Of a stretch of DNA of 64,000 nt, positions 1 through 9,748 are shown in pieces. The translations under genes and the position numbers were made by a program. Each line of letters opens with the position of its first letter. Within the stretch, counting starts at the first letter, position 1. The DNA comes from Acidimicrobiia bacterium (GTDB lineage Bacteria; Actinomycetota; Acidimicrobiia; Spongiisociales; Spongiisociaceae), in the NCBI GenBank assembly GCA_041576165.1, contig JBFGLM010000023.1:13364-77363 (forward strand), written 5' to 3'. The notes beneath the pieces are model-generated. The model worked only from the letters and a program-made list of their open reading frames with translations. It did not search any database and was not told the origin of the DNA.

Positions 1-281
1 ACGGGGAGTCCGATCAGCCAACCGGCGACCAGGACAGGCTTGCGGCCGAGCCGGTCAGACAGCGCGCCGGCGAAGAAGTTGGTGGCGGCTTTCACCAGTC
101 CGAAAGCGGCGATAAAGGTGAGCGCAGCCGTGAATCCGGTCAGCCCGAACTCGTCCTCGGCCAACAGGGGGAGCACCGTTCGCTCCTGGCCCAGCATCCC
201 GCCGACCAAGGCGTTCACGCCCACCAGAAGTGAGAATTGACCCAGGTTCGCGCCAATCCCCAACCGGATAGGTTGTGTCAT
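1..281 (-). CDS. MFS transporter, N-terminal part (runs off window)
   Basis: Not in the ORF track; translated by hand: MTQPIRLGIGANLGQFSLLVGVNALVGGMLGQERTVLPLLA...GALSDRLGRKPVLVAGW, with MFS motif A (GxLSDRxGRK). Its ATG overlaps the upstream gene's TGA (ATGA). Confidence 0.85.
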   Translation of the reverse strand, partial: MTQPIRLGIGANLGQFSLLVGVNALVGGMLGQERTVLPLLAEDEFGLTGFTAALTFIAAFGLVKAATNFFAGALSDRLGRKPVLVAGWLIGLP

Positions 282-1609
282 GAAGTCACGGAGGCAGCGC
301 GGGCCGCGCTGACGTCGACGTGACCCGCCGCCGTGACCCCGATGCCGGCAGCGCCCTGCCGGTGGAGAAGGCTGGCGGCGGTCATCGCCCGCTGCCCGTG
401 CCCGCAATGCACCACGGAGCCATCCGGTACGTCTGGGAAGCGGGTACCAAGATCACCGAGTTCGCAGTGGATGGCGCCATCGACGTGTCCGCGGCTCCAC
501 TCGGAATGCTGACGGACGTCCACGATCGTCGCACCCAGTGCGATCGCATCGGCGGGCATCAGTTCGATCGTGGCGAGCTGGCCGCCTGTCGCCAGCCAGT
601 CATCCAGGTCGAGCCTTCCGGCGATGGCTCGGTGACCAATATTGAGCGCCTGCCGTACCAGGTCGCGTTCGTCCTGGTCGGAATCGAGGACGAACACGAT
701 CGGAGTGTCGGGCTCGAAGAGCCAACCCAGCCAGGTCCCAAATTGGCCGCGGAGCTCGATCGAGACCGAGTCGGGAACGTGCCCGGCTGCGAACTGCTCG
801 ATCGGGCGTACGTCGATGATCACCCGTCCGCCGAGATCCTCGGCCGGGATGGAATCGAGCTCGGGTAGATCCGGGCCGAACACGTCTGGTCCCGACTGGT
901 TCACCTTGCGGAGACGGCGGAAGTAGGTGGGATAGCTCCCCAAGCCGGCGAGCAGACGCTGCGCGAACTCTTCCGGATCGCTGTCCAGGGCGGCGGGGTG
1001 GTTCAGCTGCTCTGAGGCGATGGTCGAAACCGCAGTGCTCGTGACCGATGTCGAGGAACAGAACGAGCCGCCGCCGTGGGTGGGCCGCACTTCCACGTCG
1101 CCCGGCAGCATTTCGAGCAGGCGCCGAACGGATCGGCAGGCATCGCGGGCAAGTGGCCGGGTCAGCTCCGGTGAGATCAGATCCGGGCGAGCGACCCCAC
1201 CGGCCATCAGTGTCCCACCAGAGAAGACGACCTGGGGAGTGGAAGCCTCCGACACCACGTATGCGACATGTTCGGGGGTGTGCCCCGGGGTTCCCACCAC
1301 CCGGAGCAGGTAGTCGCCCACCGCCACCTCATCTCCATCCCCGACCGGAACGTACGGATACGCCAGCCGGCTCTCACGTGGTGCAATCAAGGTGGCGCCC
1401 ATCGCCATCAGTTCCCGGGCGCCCGAAACGAAGTCGGCGTGCAGATGGGTTTCCGCCACGTGCCGGATTTCGAGTCCCAGTCGCTCGGCGGCGTCGACGT
1501 AGGGGCGAGGGTCGCGCTCGGGATCCACCACCAGCCCCGACCCGTCTCCCAGATCGACCAAATACGACGTGTTTCCCAAACCCGGATTCGGGAGGGCGAC
1601 CAGCCGCAT
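278..1609 (-). CDS. Persulfide dioxygenase-rhodanese fusion (CstB-like MBL-fold protein with two rhodanese domains)
   Basis: THLHADF, TPGHTPEH and HGGGSFC motifs. First rhodanese domain (IDVR...GHVP) lacks the catalytic Cys; second has HCGHGQRA. Confidence 0.85.
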   Translation of the reverse strand: MRLVALPNPGLGNTSYLVDLGDGSGLVVDPERDPRPYVDAAERLGLEIRHVAETHLHADFVSGARELMAMGATLIAPRESRLAYPYVPVGDGDEVAVGDYLLRVVGTPGHTPEHVAYVVSEASTPQVVFSGGTLMAGGVARPDLISPELTRPLARDACRSVRRLLEMLPGDVEVRPTHGGGSFCSSTSVTSTAVSTIASEQLNHPAALDSDPEEFAQRLLAGLGSYPTYFRRLRKVNQSGPDVFGPDLPELDSIPAEDLGGRVIIDVRPIEQFAAGHVPDSVSIELRGQFGTWLGWLFEPDTPIVFVLDSDQDERDLVRQALNIGHRAIAGRLDLDDWLATGGQLATIELMPADAIALGATIVDVRQHSEWSRGHVDGAIHCELGDLGTRFPDVPDGSVVHCGHGQRAMTAASLLHRQGAAGIGVTAAGHVDVSAARAASVTS

Positions 1610-1625
1610 CGCACACCTCTCACAA

Positions 1626-1686
1626 TCAAATGTTTGTTTGAATATAACGGAGTGATGTGCCTAAGGTCAAATGAATGCTTGAATAT
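1626..1686. promoter_or_regulatory. Two copies of a TCAA-N8-TTGA operator-like palindrome in a divergent promoter
   Basis: TCAAATGTTTGTTTGAATAT (1626-1645) and TCAAATGAATGCTTGAATAT (1667-1686) in the AT-rich gap between the dioxygenase and the ArsR-rhodanese gene. Confidence 0.7.
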
Positions 1687-1690
1687 GATC

Positions 1691-2371
1691 ATGGCAACGA
1701 TCGGTACCCGCCCCGCCAAGGACGCGCTGTTCAATGCGTTTGGGCGCGTCGCCGCCTCGCTGGCCAGCGGTCGGCGGTTGGAGATCATCGACGTCCTGAG
1801 CCAGGCACCGCGAAGCGTCGAAGCGATCGCCGAATCGATCGGCCAATCGGTGGCGAACACCTCCCATCACCTGCGGCGACTGGCCGAGGACGGTCTGGTG
1901 GATACCCAGAAGGCCGGCCGTCACGTGGTCTACCGGCTCTCGTCCGATTTGGTGTACGACCTGTGGCGAGCGCTGCAGGCGGTCACTGCTGCCCACCACT
2001 ATCCGCTGTCCCCCGCAGCTGCGGCTTATGTGGGTGATCGTGACGAGATCGAGCGGATTGACTGGCATGCGTTGCAGGAGCGACTTGACCAGGGCGAACA
2101 TATCGTCATCATCGATGTCCGCCCGGAGGTCGAGTATGCCGCCGGTCACCTAGAGGGCGCCATCTCGGTGCCTCCCGATCGACTCCACACTCTGTTGTTT
2201 GATATTCCGTCGAACGCCGATGTCGTGGCCTACTGCCGCGGCACCTACTGCGCCTACGCCGACCAGGCCGTCCGCGAACTCCGAGCACGCGGTCGAACCG
2301 CCTACCGACTCGAGGGAGGATTTCGCGACTTCATTCGGGGCGCGGAAGGCCGCGACGTTGTGGGCCCCTAG
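1691..2371 (+). CDS. ArsR/SmtB regulator fused to a rhodanese domain
   Basis: N-terminal wHTH (RRLEIIDVL...ANTSHHLRRL...GLV) and C-terminal rhodanese (IDVRPEVEYAAGHLEGA, YCRGTYC). Start moved from 1268 to ATG 1691 (ATG 1685 is possible). Confidence 0.88.
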   Translation: MATIGTRPAKDALFNAFGRVAASLASGRRLEIIDVLSQAPRSVEAIAESIGQSVANTSHHLRRLAEDGLVDTQKAGRHVVYRLSSDLVYDLWRALQAVTAAHHYPLSPAAAAYVGDRDEIERIDWHALQERLDQGEHIVIIDVRPEVEYAAGHLEGAISVPPDRLHTLLFDIPSNADVVAYCRGTYCAYADQAVRELRARGRTAYRLEGGFRDFIRGAEGRDVVGP

Positions 2372-2570
2372 CGGCTCGCCACGGTCGAGTTGATCCGCGC
2401 CCGGCACGCTGATCTGGCGCTTCCATGCGCCCGGCCGCGAGGCCAGGACGCCGGCCATGCGGGAATACCGCGCGGCTCGGGAGCGGCCGGCCGAACCGCC
2501 GGCGGGCTGGTAGGGCGCTCGATGTCTGTGTGAATCGCACTGGCAGCCGCCAGTCGTCACAATGGTAAGG

Positions 2571-4379
2571 GTGAGCGATCAACCCATCGGCGAACATGCG
2601 ATGCTCAGCGACTGCCACTCGGCCGCCCTGGTGGATCGGATGGGTTCGATCGAGTGGTGGTGCGCACCGCGCTTCGACAGTCCATCAGTGTTCGGGAGGA
2701 TCCTCGACCCGGATGCCGGGCATTTCTCGATCACGGCTCGCGACGCCCGAAGAGTGCAGCGTCGGTACCTGGCGGGGTCCCTCGTCTTGGAGACCACGAT
2801 CACAACTGACTCCGGTCGGCTCGTCCTGACGGATGCTCTGGCAATGGGCGAGGGCGTCCGTCATCACGATCTCGGACTCGATTCCCCCCACGTCCTGATG
2901 CGTCTCGTCGAGTGCGTCGAGGGCGACGTCGAGATCGACGTCGAGTTCGTGCCGCGTTTCGAGTACGGATTGACCCGGCCGCTCGTGAGTCCCGTGGAAG
3001 GCGGTGTGGCCGCCAAGGGAGGGCCGGTCACCCTGTTGCTCGCCACCTCGCTTCCGCTGGAGGTCGTGGGGCCTTCGGCCACGCGGTCGACCGGGCTGGA
3101 GACGGGTGATCGCATCGGGTTTGCGGTGCAGATGGCGTCGAGCTGGGACCCGCTGCCTGCGGCGTGGACGGAGAATCACGTGCGGCACCGCCTCGCCGAC
3201 ACTCAGGAGGCGTGGCAGACCTGGGGTGAATCACATCACAACTACGAGGGTCCGTACGAGGACTTGGTCGCCCACTCAGGCCGGGTCCTCCAGGGCCTGA
3301 CGTACCGGCCGACCGGCGCCATGGTTGCGGCGCCGACCACCTCGCTGCCGGAGGATATTGGCGGCGAGCGCAATTGGGACTACCGCTATTGCTGGGTCCG
3401 TGACGCGGGGTTCACACTCCGGGCGCTCTGGGTCGCAGCCTGCCCCGACGAGGCGGGAACGTATCTGGACTACCTCACGGCGGCATCGAGTTCGGTCTAC
3501 GAGCGGGACCACCTGCAGATCATGTTCGGGATTCGGGGTGGGCGTGACCTGTCTGAACGCACCCTGCCGTGGCTGCGGGGGTGGCGCAACAGCGCACCCG
3601 TGCGGGTCGGCAACGACGCGTGGCGCCAGACGCAACACGATGTGTACGGAGAGATCCTCTCTGCAATGCACCGGCTCCGCGAACAGGTGGGTGACCTCGA
3701 TCAAACCGAGCAGCGTCTGTTGCGGCTTCTCGCCGATCGTGCTGCGGTCGTGTGGCGCGAGCCCGACGCCGGCATCTGGGAGATTCGCGGGCCGGCCCAA
3801 CACCACGTTCATTCCAAGCTCATGTGCTGGGTTGCGCTGGATCGGGCGATCGATCTCGCTCCACAGCTCGACGCTCATGAGCACGTGGAGGCGTGGCGCA
3901 GCGCGGCTGCCGACATCAGAGATGCCATCCTCGAGCACGGCTGGTCGGATGAGATCGGTTCGTTCACCCAGGCCTTTGGGGTCCCGGCACTCGACGCGTC
4001 GAGCCTCGTCATACCGATCGTGGGATTCCTTCCGTTCGACGATGAGCGAGTTTTGGCGACTGTCGAGACGATCCAGCGCGAGCTGGTCGACTCCCTGGGC
4101 CTCGTCCACCGGTATCGCGCGGACGACGGCCTCGCCGGCGACGAAGGCTCATTCCTCCTGTGCACCTTCTGGCTGGTCGAAGCACTCGCCGGCGCAGGGA
4201 GGGTGGACGAGGCGCACTCTGTCTTCCAGACTGCGATTGCCTACCAAAACGACGTCGGGCTGCTCGCCGAGGAGGTAGCTACCACCGGTGAGCTGGTGGG
4301 CAACTATCCGCAGGCGTTCAGCCACGTCGGCCTCGTGAACGGGGCATGGGCCATCGCGCAGGCGGAAACTCGCGGCTGA
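2571..4379 (+). CDS. Glycoside hydrolase family 15 (trehalase/glucoamylase-like)
   Basis: AAPTTSLPE..GGERNWDYRYCWVRD, DAGIWEIRG, GNYPQAFSH motifs. Start GTG 2571 or ATG 2562. Confidence 0.92.
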   Translation: MSDQPIGEHAMLSDCHSAALVDRMGSIEWWCAPRFDSPSVFGRILDPDAGHFSITARDARRVQRRYLAGSLVLETTITTDSGRLVLTDALAMGEGVRHHDLGLDSPHVLMRLVECVEGDVEIDVEFVPRFEYGLTRPLVSPVEGGVAAKGGPVTLLLATSLPLEVVGPSATRSTGLETGDRIGFAVQMASSWDPLPAAWTENHVRHRLADTQEAWQTWGESHHNYEGPYEDLVAHSGRVLQGLTYRPTGAMVAAPTTSLPEDIGGERNWDYRYCWVRDAGFTLRALWVAACPDEAGTYLDYLTAASSSVYERDHLQIMFGIRGGRDLSERTLPWLRGWRNSAPVRVGNDAWRQTQHDVYGEILSAMHRLREQVGDLDQTEQRLLRLLADRAAVVWREPDAGIWEIRGPAQHHVHSKLMCWVALDRAIDLAPQLDAHEHVEAWRSAAADIRDAILEHGWSDEIGSFTQAFGVPALDASSLVIPIVGFLPFDDERVLATVETIQRELVDSLGLVHRYRADDGLAGDEGSFLLCTFWLVEALAGAGRVDEAHSVFQTAIAYQNDVGLLAEEVATTGELVGNYPQAFSHVGLVNGAWAIAQAETRG

Positions 4380-4618
4380 CCAACCAGGCGCGAGGAGGGT
4401 CGGCCAGGCTCACGGGAGGAGCAGAACGGGGCGTGATCTGATCTGATCCCATCAGCAACAACGACCCATCCACCGCTTCCAATTGGTGCGCGGCTGGTCC
4501 GCAGTTCCGGGATCCCCGGTCCGGCGCTACCCCTCGGGTTCGCTCCCGGGACATGGTCCGAGCTCGGTACATGTGCAGGTCAGCGGATCGGCGGGGATCC
4601 CAGGGCGGCCGCCGGAAC

Positions 4619-5317
4619 CTATTCCTGCGCTTCGTCCCTTCCCGAGCCCATCGCCGGGTGCGAACTCTTGAACTCGCGCCACGATGACACCTGGGTGAGC
4701 TCGCCGGCGCGACGTTTCCGGAAGTACTCCCGCATCTCGGGAATGGTGGCGACGAGAAACAGCACGTTGACGAGCACCGCGTACATCGCCTCCGGCCCTG
4801 TTCCCAACCAGAAGAACCACGGGATCAGGAGAAACTGGCCGAGGGTGTACGCCGCGAACATGTCGCGCATGACGCCGAGCCCGATCGCCATCCCGAGCAC
4901 CGCCGTAGCGGGACCGGCCAGAGGGTCGACCGCAAACAGACCCCCGTAGAGCGGTGACTGACCGCGCCCGCCCTGGAATCGGTGATAGACGGGCCAGTTG
5001 TGTCCGACGATCACCATGACCGCCACGACCAGGTGATACGCATCGTTCGGCCATACGAGCCTCACTACGAGCACCGGGATGAAGGCCTTGAGCATGTCAC
5101 CCAGACCGACCACCAGACCCCACTTGGGCCCGGTCCTGGCACCGACCGCAGTCGCGCTGACCCCGCCATAGTGAATCGTGCTCCCACCGATCAGTTCCAG
5201 CGTCGTGGAGCTGATGTCCTCTTCGGGGATCACCCGGCCGGCCACGATGCGCGCTAAGGACACTGCGCCTATGAGATATGCGCCGACACCCAACACGACG
5301 GCCAGTCCCAGATGCAC
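4619..5317 (-). CDS. PlsY-like glycerol-3-phosphate acyltransferase family membrane protein (atypical motifs)
   Basis: AYLIGAVS, DMLKA, GHNWPVYHRFQGGRG. GAGGAGG RBS before the GTG. Confidence 0.78.
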   Translation of the reverse strand: MHLGLAVVLGVGAYLIGAVSLARIVAGRVIPEEDISSTTLELIGGSTIHYGGVSATAVGARTGPKWGLVVGLGDMLKAFIPVLVVRLVWPNDAYHLVVAVMVIVGHNWPVYHRFQGGRGQSPLYGGLFAVDPLAGPATAVLGMAIGLGVMRDMFAAYTLGQFLLIPWFFWLGTGPEAMYAVLVNVLFLVATIPEMREYFRKRRAGELTQVSSWREFKSSHPAMGSGRDEAQE

Positions 5318-5409
5318 GAGCCCTCCTCACTCCCACTGTATCCCGGATATCAGCCCAATACGTTGCCGGCTGTGGTTACGTACACGCCGGAGTGAGAGCG
5401 GGACAGCCA

Positions 5410-6039
5410 GTGGTACCACAGACAACCAGGTTGACGGCTCGCGCCGTGACCGTGGTAGCCACAGCGGGCGCCATCGTGGTAGTGATGAGCGAAGTCGCGT
5501 CAGCTCACGAGAGTCAGGTCATCAGGCTCGGTTCGTTCTTTGGCGGACTGCTGCATCCCGTCCTTGGTCTCGATCACTTCCTCGCCATGGTCAGCGTCGG
5601 CATCGTCAGCTCCATGGTGGGCGGACGGGCGATCTGGACCGTGCCCGGTCTGTTTGTGATCATGATGGGGGTGGGCGGCCTGGCCGGTGCATCCAATCTG
5701 GGCCTGACTCCGGCTGCCATCGAGACTGGCATCGCGCTGTCCGTGATCCTGCTCGGCCTAGCCATAGCGCTGGACCGATCTTTGCCGGCCCGGGCGGTGA
5801 TGATTGCGGTCGTGTTCTTCGGTTTCTTCCATGGCTACGCACACGGCGCCGAGATTCCCGAGATCGCCGGTCCGGTGGTCTACGCGGCCGGCTTCATGCT
5901 CGGCACTGCCTTGATCCACGTTACGGGAGTTGTCATCGGGGAGGTGGCAAGGCGCTACTCGTCGGGGCGTCTGGTGCTTCGCAGCGTCGGCGGCGCCTTC
6001 GTCATTCTCGGAATCTTGTTTCTGATTGGAGTGATGTGA
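5410..6039 (+). CDS. HupE/UreJ family nickel/cobalt transporter-like protein
   Basis: Signal peptide ending ASA-H, GLLHPVLGLDHFLAMVSVG, FHGYAHGAE, TALIHVTG. Start approximate. Confidence 0.88.
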   Translation: MVPQTTRLTARAVTVVATAGAIVVVMSEVASAHESQVIRLGSFFGGLLHPVLGLDHFLAMVSVGIVSSMVGGRAIWTVPGLFVIMMGVGGLAGASNLGLTPAAIETGIALSVILLGLAIALDRSLPARAVMIAVVFFGFFHGYAHGAEIPEIAGPVVYAAGFMLGTALIHVTGVVIGEVARRYSSGRLVLRSVGGAFVILGILFLIGVM

Positions 6040-6040
6040 G

Positions 6041-6691
6041 ATGACCACTGACGTCGTACCGGCGACCCACCGGCGGTTCGCCTCGCCGCTTTCGAAGTCG
6101 CAACGTCGAACCATTCTGTTGTGGGAAGTAGGCGCCTTTGTGTTCATCATGCTCGTCGGGTCGTTCTTTCACTTCATCTACGAACTATCTGGATTCCACC
6201 CCTTGGCGGCGGTGTTCGGATCGGTCAACGAGAGCTCGTGGGAGCACCTCAAACTCTTCTTCTATCCGGGGCTTCTTTTCTTCCTCGTGCAGCACGCATT
6301 CGTGAAGGAATTTGCCAACAACTACTGGTGGGGAAAGGCCATGGCGTTGCTGGTGACTCCAGTCGGCGTTCTGGTGTCGTTCTACTTCTACTTGGGCATC
6401 GTGCTTCCGATCTGGGGCGAGGGGACCCTGGCACTCGACATCGCCACCGGCGCCTTTGGCGTGCTTTTGGGCAACATCGTGTCCTACCGCATCCTGACCG
6501 CGCCGCCCTACCGCCCGAACCGTGCGGTTGTAGGTTTGGGCATCATGCTGGCGATCACGGTGGCTTTCTTGACCCTGACCTATTACCCGCCCAAGTTCTT
6601 CATCTTCGAGGATTTCATCGGCTACGAGTACCAAGGCGAGTACGGCATCCTCGAGGACTATTCGGACCATCTCGTTTTCACGGAGAACTGA
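6041..6691 (+). CDS. Membrane protein, DUF6512-like
   Basis: HFIYE and VNESSWEHLKL motifs with about 5 hydrophobic segments. Starts 1 nt after the HupE stop. Confidence 0.65.
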   Translation: MTTDVVPATHRRFASPLSKSQRRTILLWEVGAFVFIMLVGSFFHFIYELSGFHPLAAVFGSVNESSWEHLKLFFYPGLLFFLVQHAFVKEFANNYWWGKAMALLVTPVGVLVSFYFYLGIVLPIWGEGTLALDIATGAFGVLLGNIVSYRILTAPPYRPNRAVVGLGIMLAITVAFLTLTYYPPKFFIFEDFIGYEYQGEYGILEDYSDHLVFTEN

Positions 6692-6719
6692 TGGAGCAAG
6701 CCTGGACGCAGTTCGAGGC

Positions 6720-9071
6720 TCAGCCGTCGGAGTCGATCCGCACCGTACCCTCGTAGCCGTCCACCACGACTGTGGCACCGTCCGGAATCTGCAACGCCCC
6801 GCGCACGGACACCACACAGGGGATTCCGTATTCGCGAGCCACGATCGAACTGTGCGACAGCATGCCGCCGGCCTCCGCCACCACTGCGCCGGCCCGGGCG
6901 AAAAGCGGTGTCCAGCCAACATCACTGAAAGGAATGGCGACGACGTCGCCCGCCGCGACGCGATCGAAGTCGTCGATGGCATTCACGAGTCGCACGGTGC
7001 CTCGGTAACGGCCGCGGGCGGTGGGCACTCCGGTGAGGGTCCCGGTCGAGTCGAGCTGACGTCGAACAGGTATGAAATCATCACCGATGATGGTCTCCGG
7101 CATATCCAGCAGTTCGGCCGTCTCGATCTCCGCCTTCCGACTTTGGACCCGACCACGCTGATCGATCTCGGGGTTTGCAAACGCCACCCGCAGTTCGGGG
7201 TCGGTGAGGTACATGACGTCGTCGGCATCGTCCAGGCGGTCGGCCGCCACCAGCCGGCACCCCAGCTCCAAGAAGTACGGCCGGAACAAACCGTATCCGT
7301 GCGTGTACAGAGAGCTGACATGTTCCCGCAGCCCGATCAGGCGGCGGGTGCGGCGGTGCAAACGTCGGGCCGGGAGCCTCCATATCGGCGGAACAGCTCG
7401 CTCGGCTTCGTCCCATGGCATTTGCTGTGAAGGGTTCTCGTGATGAATGGTGTCGACGATCATTCGAGCTATTGCGTCCGGCGTTTCACGCCAGGTCGGA
7501 ACGGACATGTCGTTGCCGCTCATACTGAAGTGTCCGAACCGCTCCAGGAACTCATCGACCTGCGCGCGGAGGAACGCCGGCGCCGCGGCGTAACCCCGAG
7601 CCTGCACGAGGTCGCGTTCGTGTTCCGCCAGTGAAGCGGCCGCGACGCCCAGCTCGGCAATAGCGGCTTGGGGGTTGACCTCTGTCATCTCGTTCATCGA
7701 AATGATCTCGATCTGTTCAGGGTCGAGACCAGCCTTTAGAAGCGTCCGCCGCAGCAGCCCGTTGGACATGTTCGCGAGCAAGGGGATCACGATGTTCAGC
7801 GAGGCCGCCCGCGTGGTGATCCGCTTGAGCTCATCGATGTCATCGAACAGCTGCTCGGTCGTCGCCGAACCAAATTGCTTGTCAGAGAAGGATTCGTAGT
7901 CGGACCGCAGCCTGGCGAGTTCAGCGTCAGCTCGCCGCGCCAGACGCATCTTCCTCACCGCCAGCGCGGCCAGCCGCGGCGTCTTCTTCATCGTCGCCGT
8001 GGTTGGCTTGAACGAGGGCTGATCATCGCCTTCCGGCAACCCGAGCAACAGCTCGAGCGACTCGCGGGGCATGCCGAATGCGGCAAAGATGTCACCGAAG
8101 GCACCCATGTTGAAATAGGCGCGATATCCGAACGATCGTGCCAAGTCCTCTGGCTGCAGGTCGTTGGGGCCTATCGCCTCGGTGATGAGATCGATCCAAG
8201 CTCGGTTTACCACCGGGACATTGATCGACCAGACCAGGGGCTTGATGATTCCCGGCATGACCTCGCGGGCGATGCGGTTGCTGAAGATGGTGATGTCATC
8301 GATGCCGGTGATCGGCCGGAGCTGGACGAACCACACCTGCCGTCCGTCCCATACCCATTCCACATCCACGGACTGTCCGTAGGCGCCGGCAATCTGGCGC
8401 GTTTGATGCACAACCTCGCCGGCGATCGAGGATGGCAGGGACGGTGATGGCGGCTGTTCTGTGAAGCTGCCCCAGCGGTGCACCCACCGCTCGGGCGTGA
8501 CGCCCTGTCCTACCAGCTGATCACCGCGTCCCGGCACCGCTTCGATCACGACCTCGTCCAGGCCGGTGATTGGGTTGCGAGAAAAGGCGACGCCCGAGGT
8601 GACGGCAGGAACCATCTCCTGGACGACCACACCCATTTCGATTGTCGCCGGCTCATAGCCGGCATGTTCGAGATAGGTTGCCACCTCAGGGCGATGAGCA
8701 GAGGTTTGCACGGCCTGGATGGCCGTCGCGACGTCCTCGCGCCCGTCGACGTCGAGTTTGGTCGTGAACTGGCCGGCGAACGAGAAGTCGAGGCCATCTT
8801 CGACGGCCGCGGACGAACGCACGGCGTAGCGCTGGCGTGGTGCAAGGGCGTCGAGTTGGCTCGCTGTGATGTGTACACCTGGTGAGATCACCCAGGTTCG
8901 AGGAACCGCCGCTCCCTGATCCATCAGCCAGCGCAGATTCGCTGCCTTGTTCCCAAACCGATCGACGTCGGCCGCAGCTTCCAAGGCAAACAGACTGCCG
9001 ATATCCACACCCTCCCTGTGCTCAGTGTACGGAACCGCCCGCCCTGTGGACGTGCGTGACGCCTGGGTCAC
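6720..9071 (-). CDS. PEP-synthase/rifamycin-phosphotransferase-like dikinase (ATP-grasp, substrate domain, C-terminal phospho-His domain)
   Basis: GNKAANL, AVRSSA..ED..SFAGQF, SGVAFSRNP, DVEW...QLRPIT, and C-terminal GWTPLF...GGMLSHSSIVAREYGIP. Confidence 0.88.
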   Translation of the reverse strand: MTQASRTSTGRAVPYTEHREGVDIGSLFALEAAADVDRFGNKAANLRWLMDQGAAVPRTWVISPGVHITASQLDALAPRQRYAVRSSAAVEDGLDFSFAGQFTTKLDVDGREDVATAIQAVQTSAHRPEVATYLEHAGYEPATIEMGVVVQEMVPAVTSGVAFSRNPITGLDEVVIEAVPGRGDQLVGQGVTPERWVHRWGSFTEQPPSPSLPSSIAGEVVHQTRQIAGAYGQSVDVEWVWDGRQVWFVQLRPITGIDDITIFSNRIAREVMPGIIKPLVWSINVPVVNRAWIDLITEAIGPNDLQPEDLARSFGYRAYFNMGAFGDIFAAFGMPRESLELLLGLPEGDDQPSFKPTTATMKKTPRLAALAVRKMRLARRADAELARLRSDYESFSDKQFGSATTEQLFDDIDELKRITTRAASLNIVIPLLANMSNGLLRRTLLKAGLDPEQIEIISMNEMTEVNPQAAIAELGVAAASLAEHERDLVQARGYAAAPAFLRAQVDEFLERFGHFSMSGNDMSVPTWRETPDAIARMIVDTIHHENPSQQMPWDEAERAVPPIWRLPARRLHRRTRRLIGLREHVSSLYTHGYGLFRPYFLELGCRLVAADRLDDADDVMYLTDPELRVAFANPEIDQRGRVQSRKAEIETAELLDMPETIIGDDFIPVRRQLDSTGTLTGVPTARGRYRGTVRLVNAIDDFDRVAAGDVVAIPFSDVGWTPLFARAGAVVAEAGGMLSHSSIVAREYGIPCVVSVRGALQIPDGATVVVDGYEGTVRIDSDG

Positions 9072-9153
9072 GGCAGCTCCCGGGCGATTGCCGGCTCCTC
9101 AGAGGGCAGACAGGCATCGCCGCAAGCCTCCCGGGCGCCTCGCGGTGACGCCG

Positions 9154-9516
9154 CTATTCGCGACTGATGTTGTATGCCACGATCCACGCCACAACGGCGA
9201 AGCCCGCGACCAGGAGAAGCTGCAGTCCGGACGCGCCGTAGTCGAGGCACGTGGGGTTGCCCGCCTCCCGGCACTGACGCACCAACCGTTCAGATCCAGC
9301 CGATGTTGCAGCACAGAGGAGGGCCACCAGCCCTCCGGCTATCAGGAAACGGCGGGCCGTCCGGGCCCTTTCCCTACGGAGCGCCACTATCAGGAGCGGA
9401 AGACTCGTGATCAGCACGAGTCCGCTGAACATCAGGAATGCCACGGCGAACGTCGCCACGGCCACCTCCTGGGGCGGATCACCCAATATAGGCGTCTCCG
9501 CCGTCGACCGCGCCAC
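9154..9516 (-). CDS. Small hypothetical membrane protein
   Basis: Three hydrophobic stretches and a Cys pair in the loop; fills an otherwise empty gap. Start uncertain. Confidence 0.45.
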   Translation of the reverse strand: MARSTAETPILGDPPQEVAVATFAVAFLMFSGLVLITSLPLLIVALRRERARTARRFLIAGGLVALLCAATSAGSERLVRQCREAGNPTCLDYGASGLQLLLVAGFAVVAWIVAYNISRE

Positions 9517-9748
9517 GCCTGGGGCGACTGTCCGTAGACCGCCGTAGTCCGTACCAACGGCCCGTCTTCGGCTCCACTGAGGGCTCCGGCCAGGCTGCTG
9601 CTGCCGGCCGGTGGTCCGATCGTCGGACTCTCATTGGGGCCGGTCGATATCCGGGCCAGGCCCGATTTGAGCAACCACGATCCGGCGAGAGTTGCACGAC
9701 GCCGAGCACCGGCTACCCGGATTACTCCTGACCGGTCCGACGGCGGCT

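Noticed and set aside
6720-9071. Rifampicin resistance gene rph
   Set aside because: Shared architecture alone is not enough; no rifamycin-specific feature or upstream RAE element was recognised.
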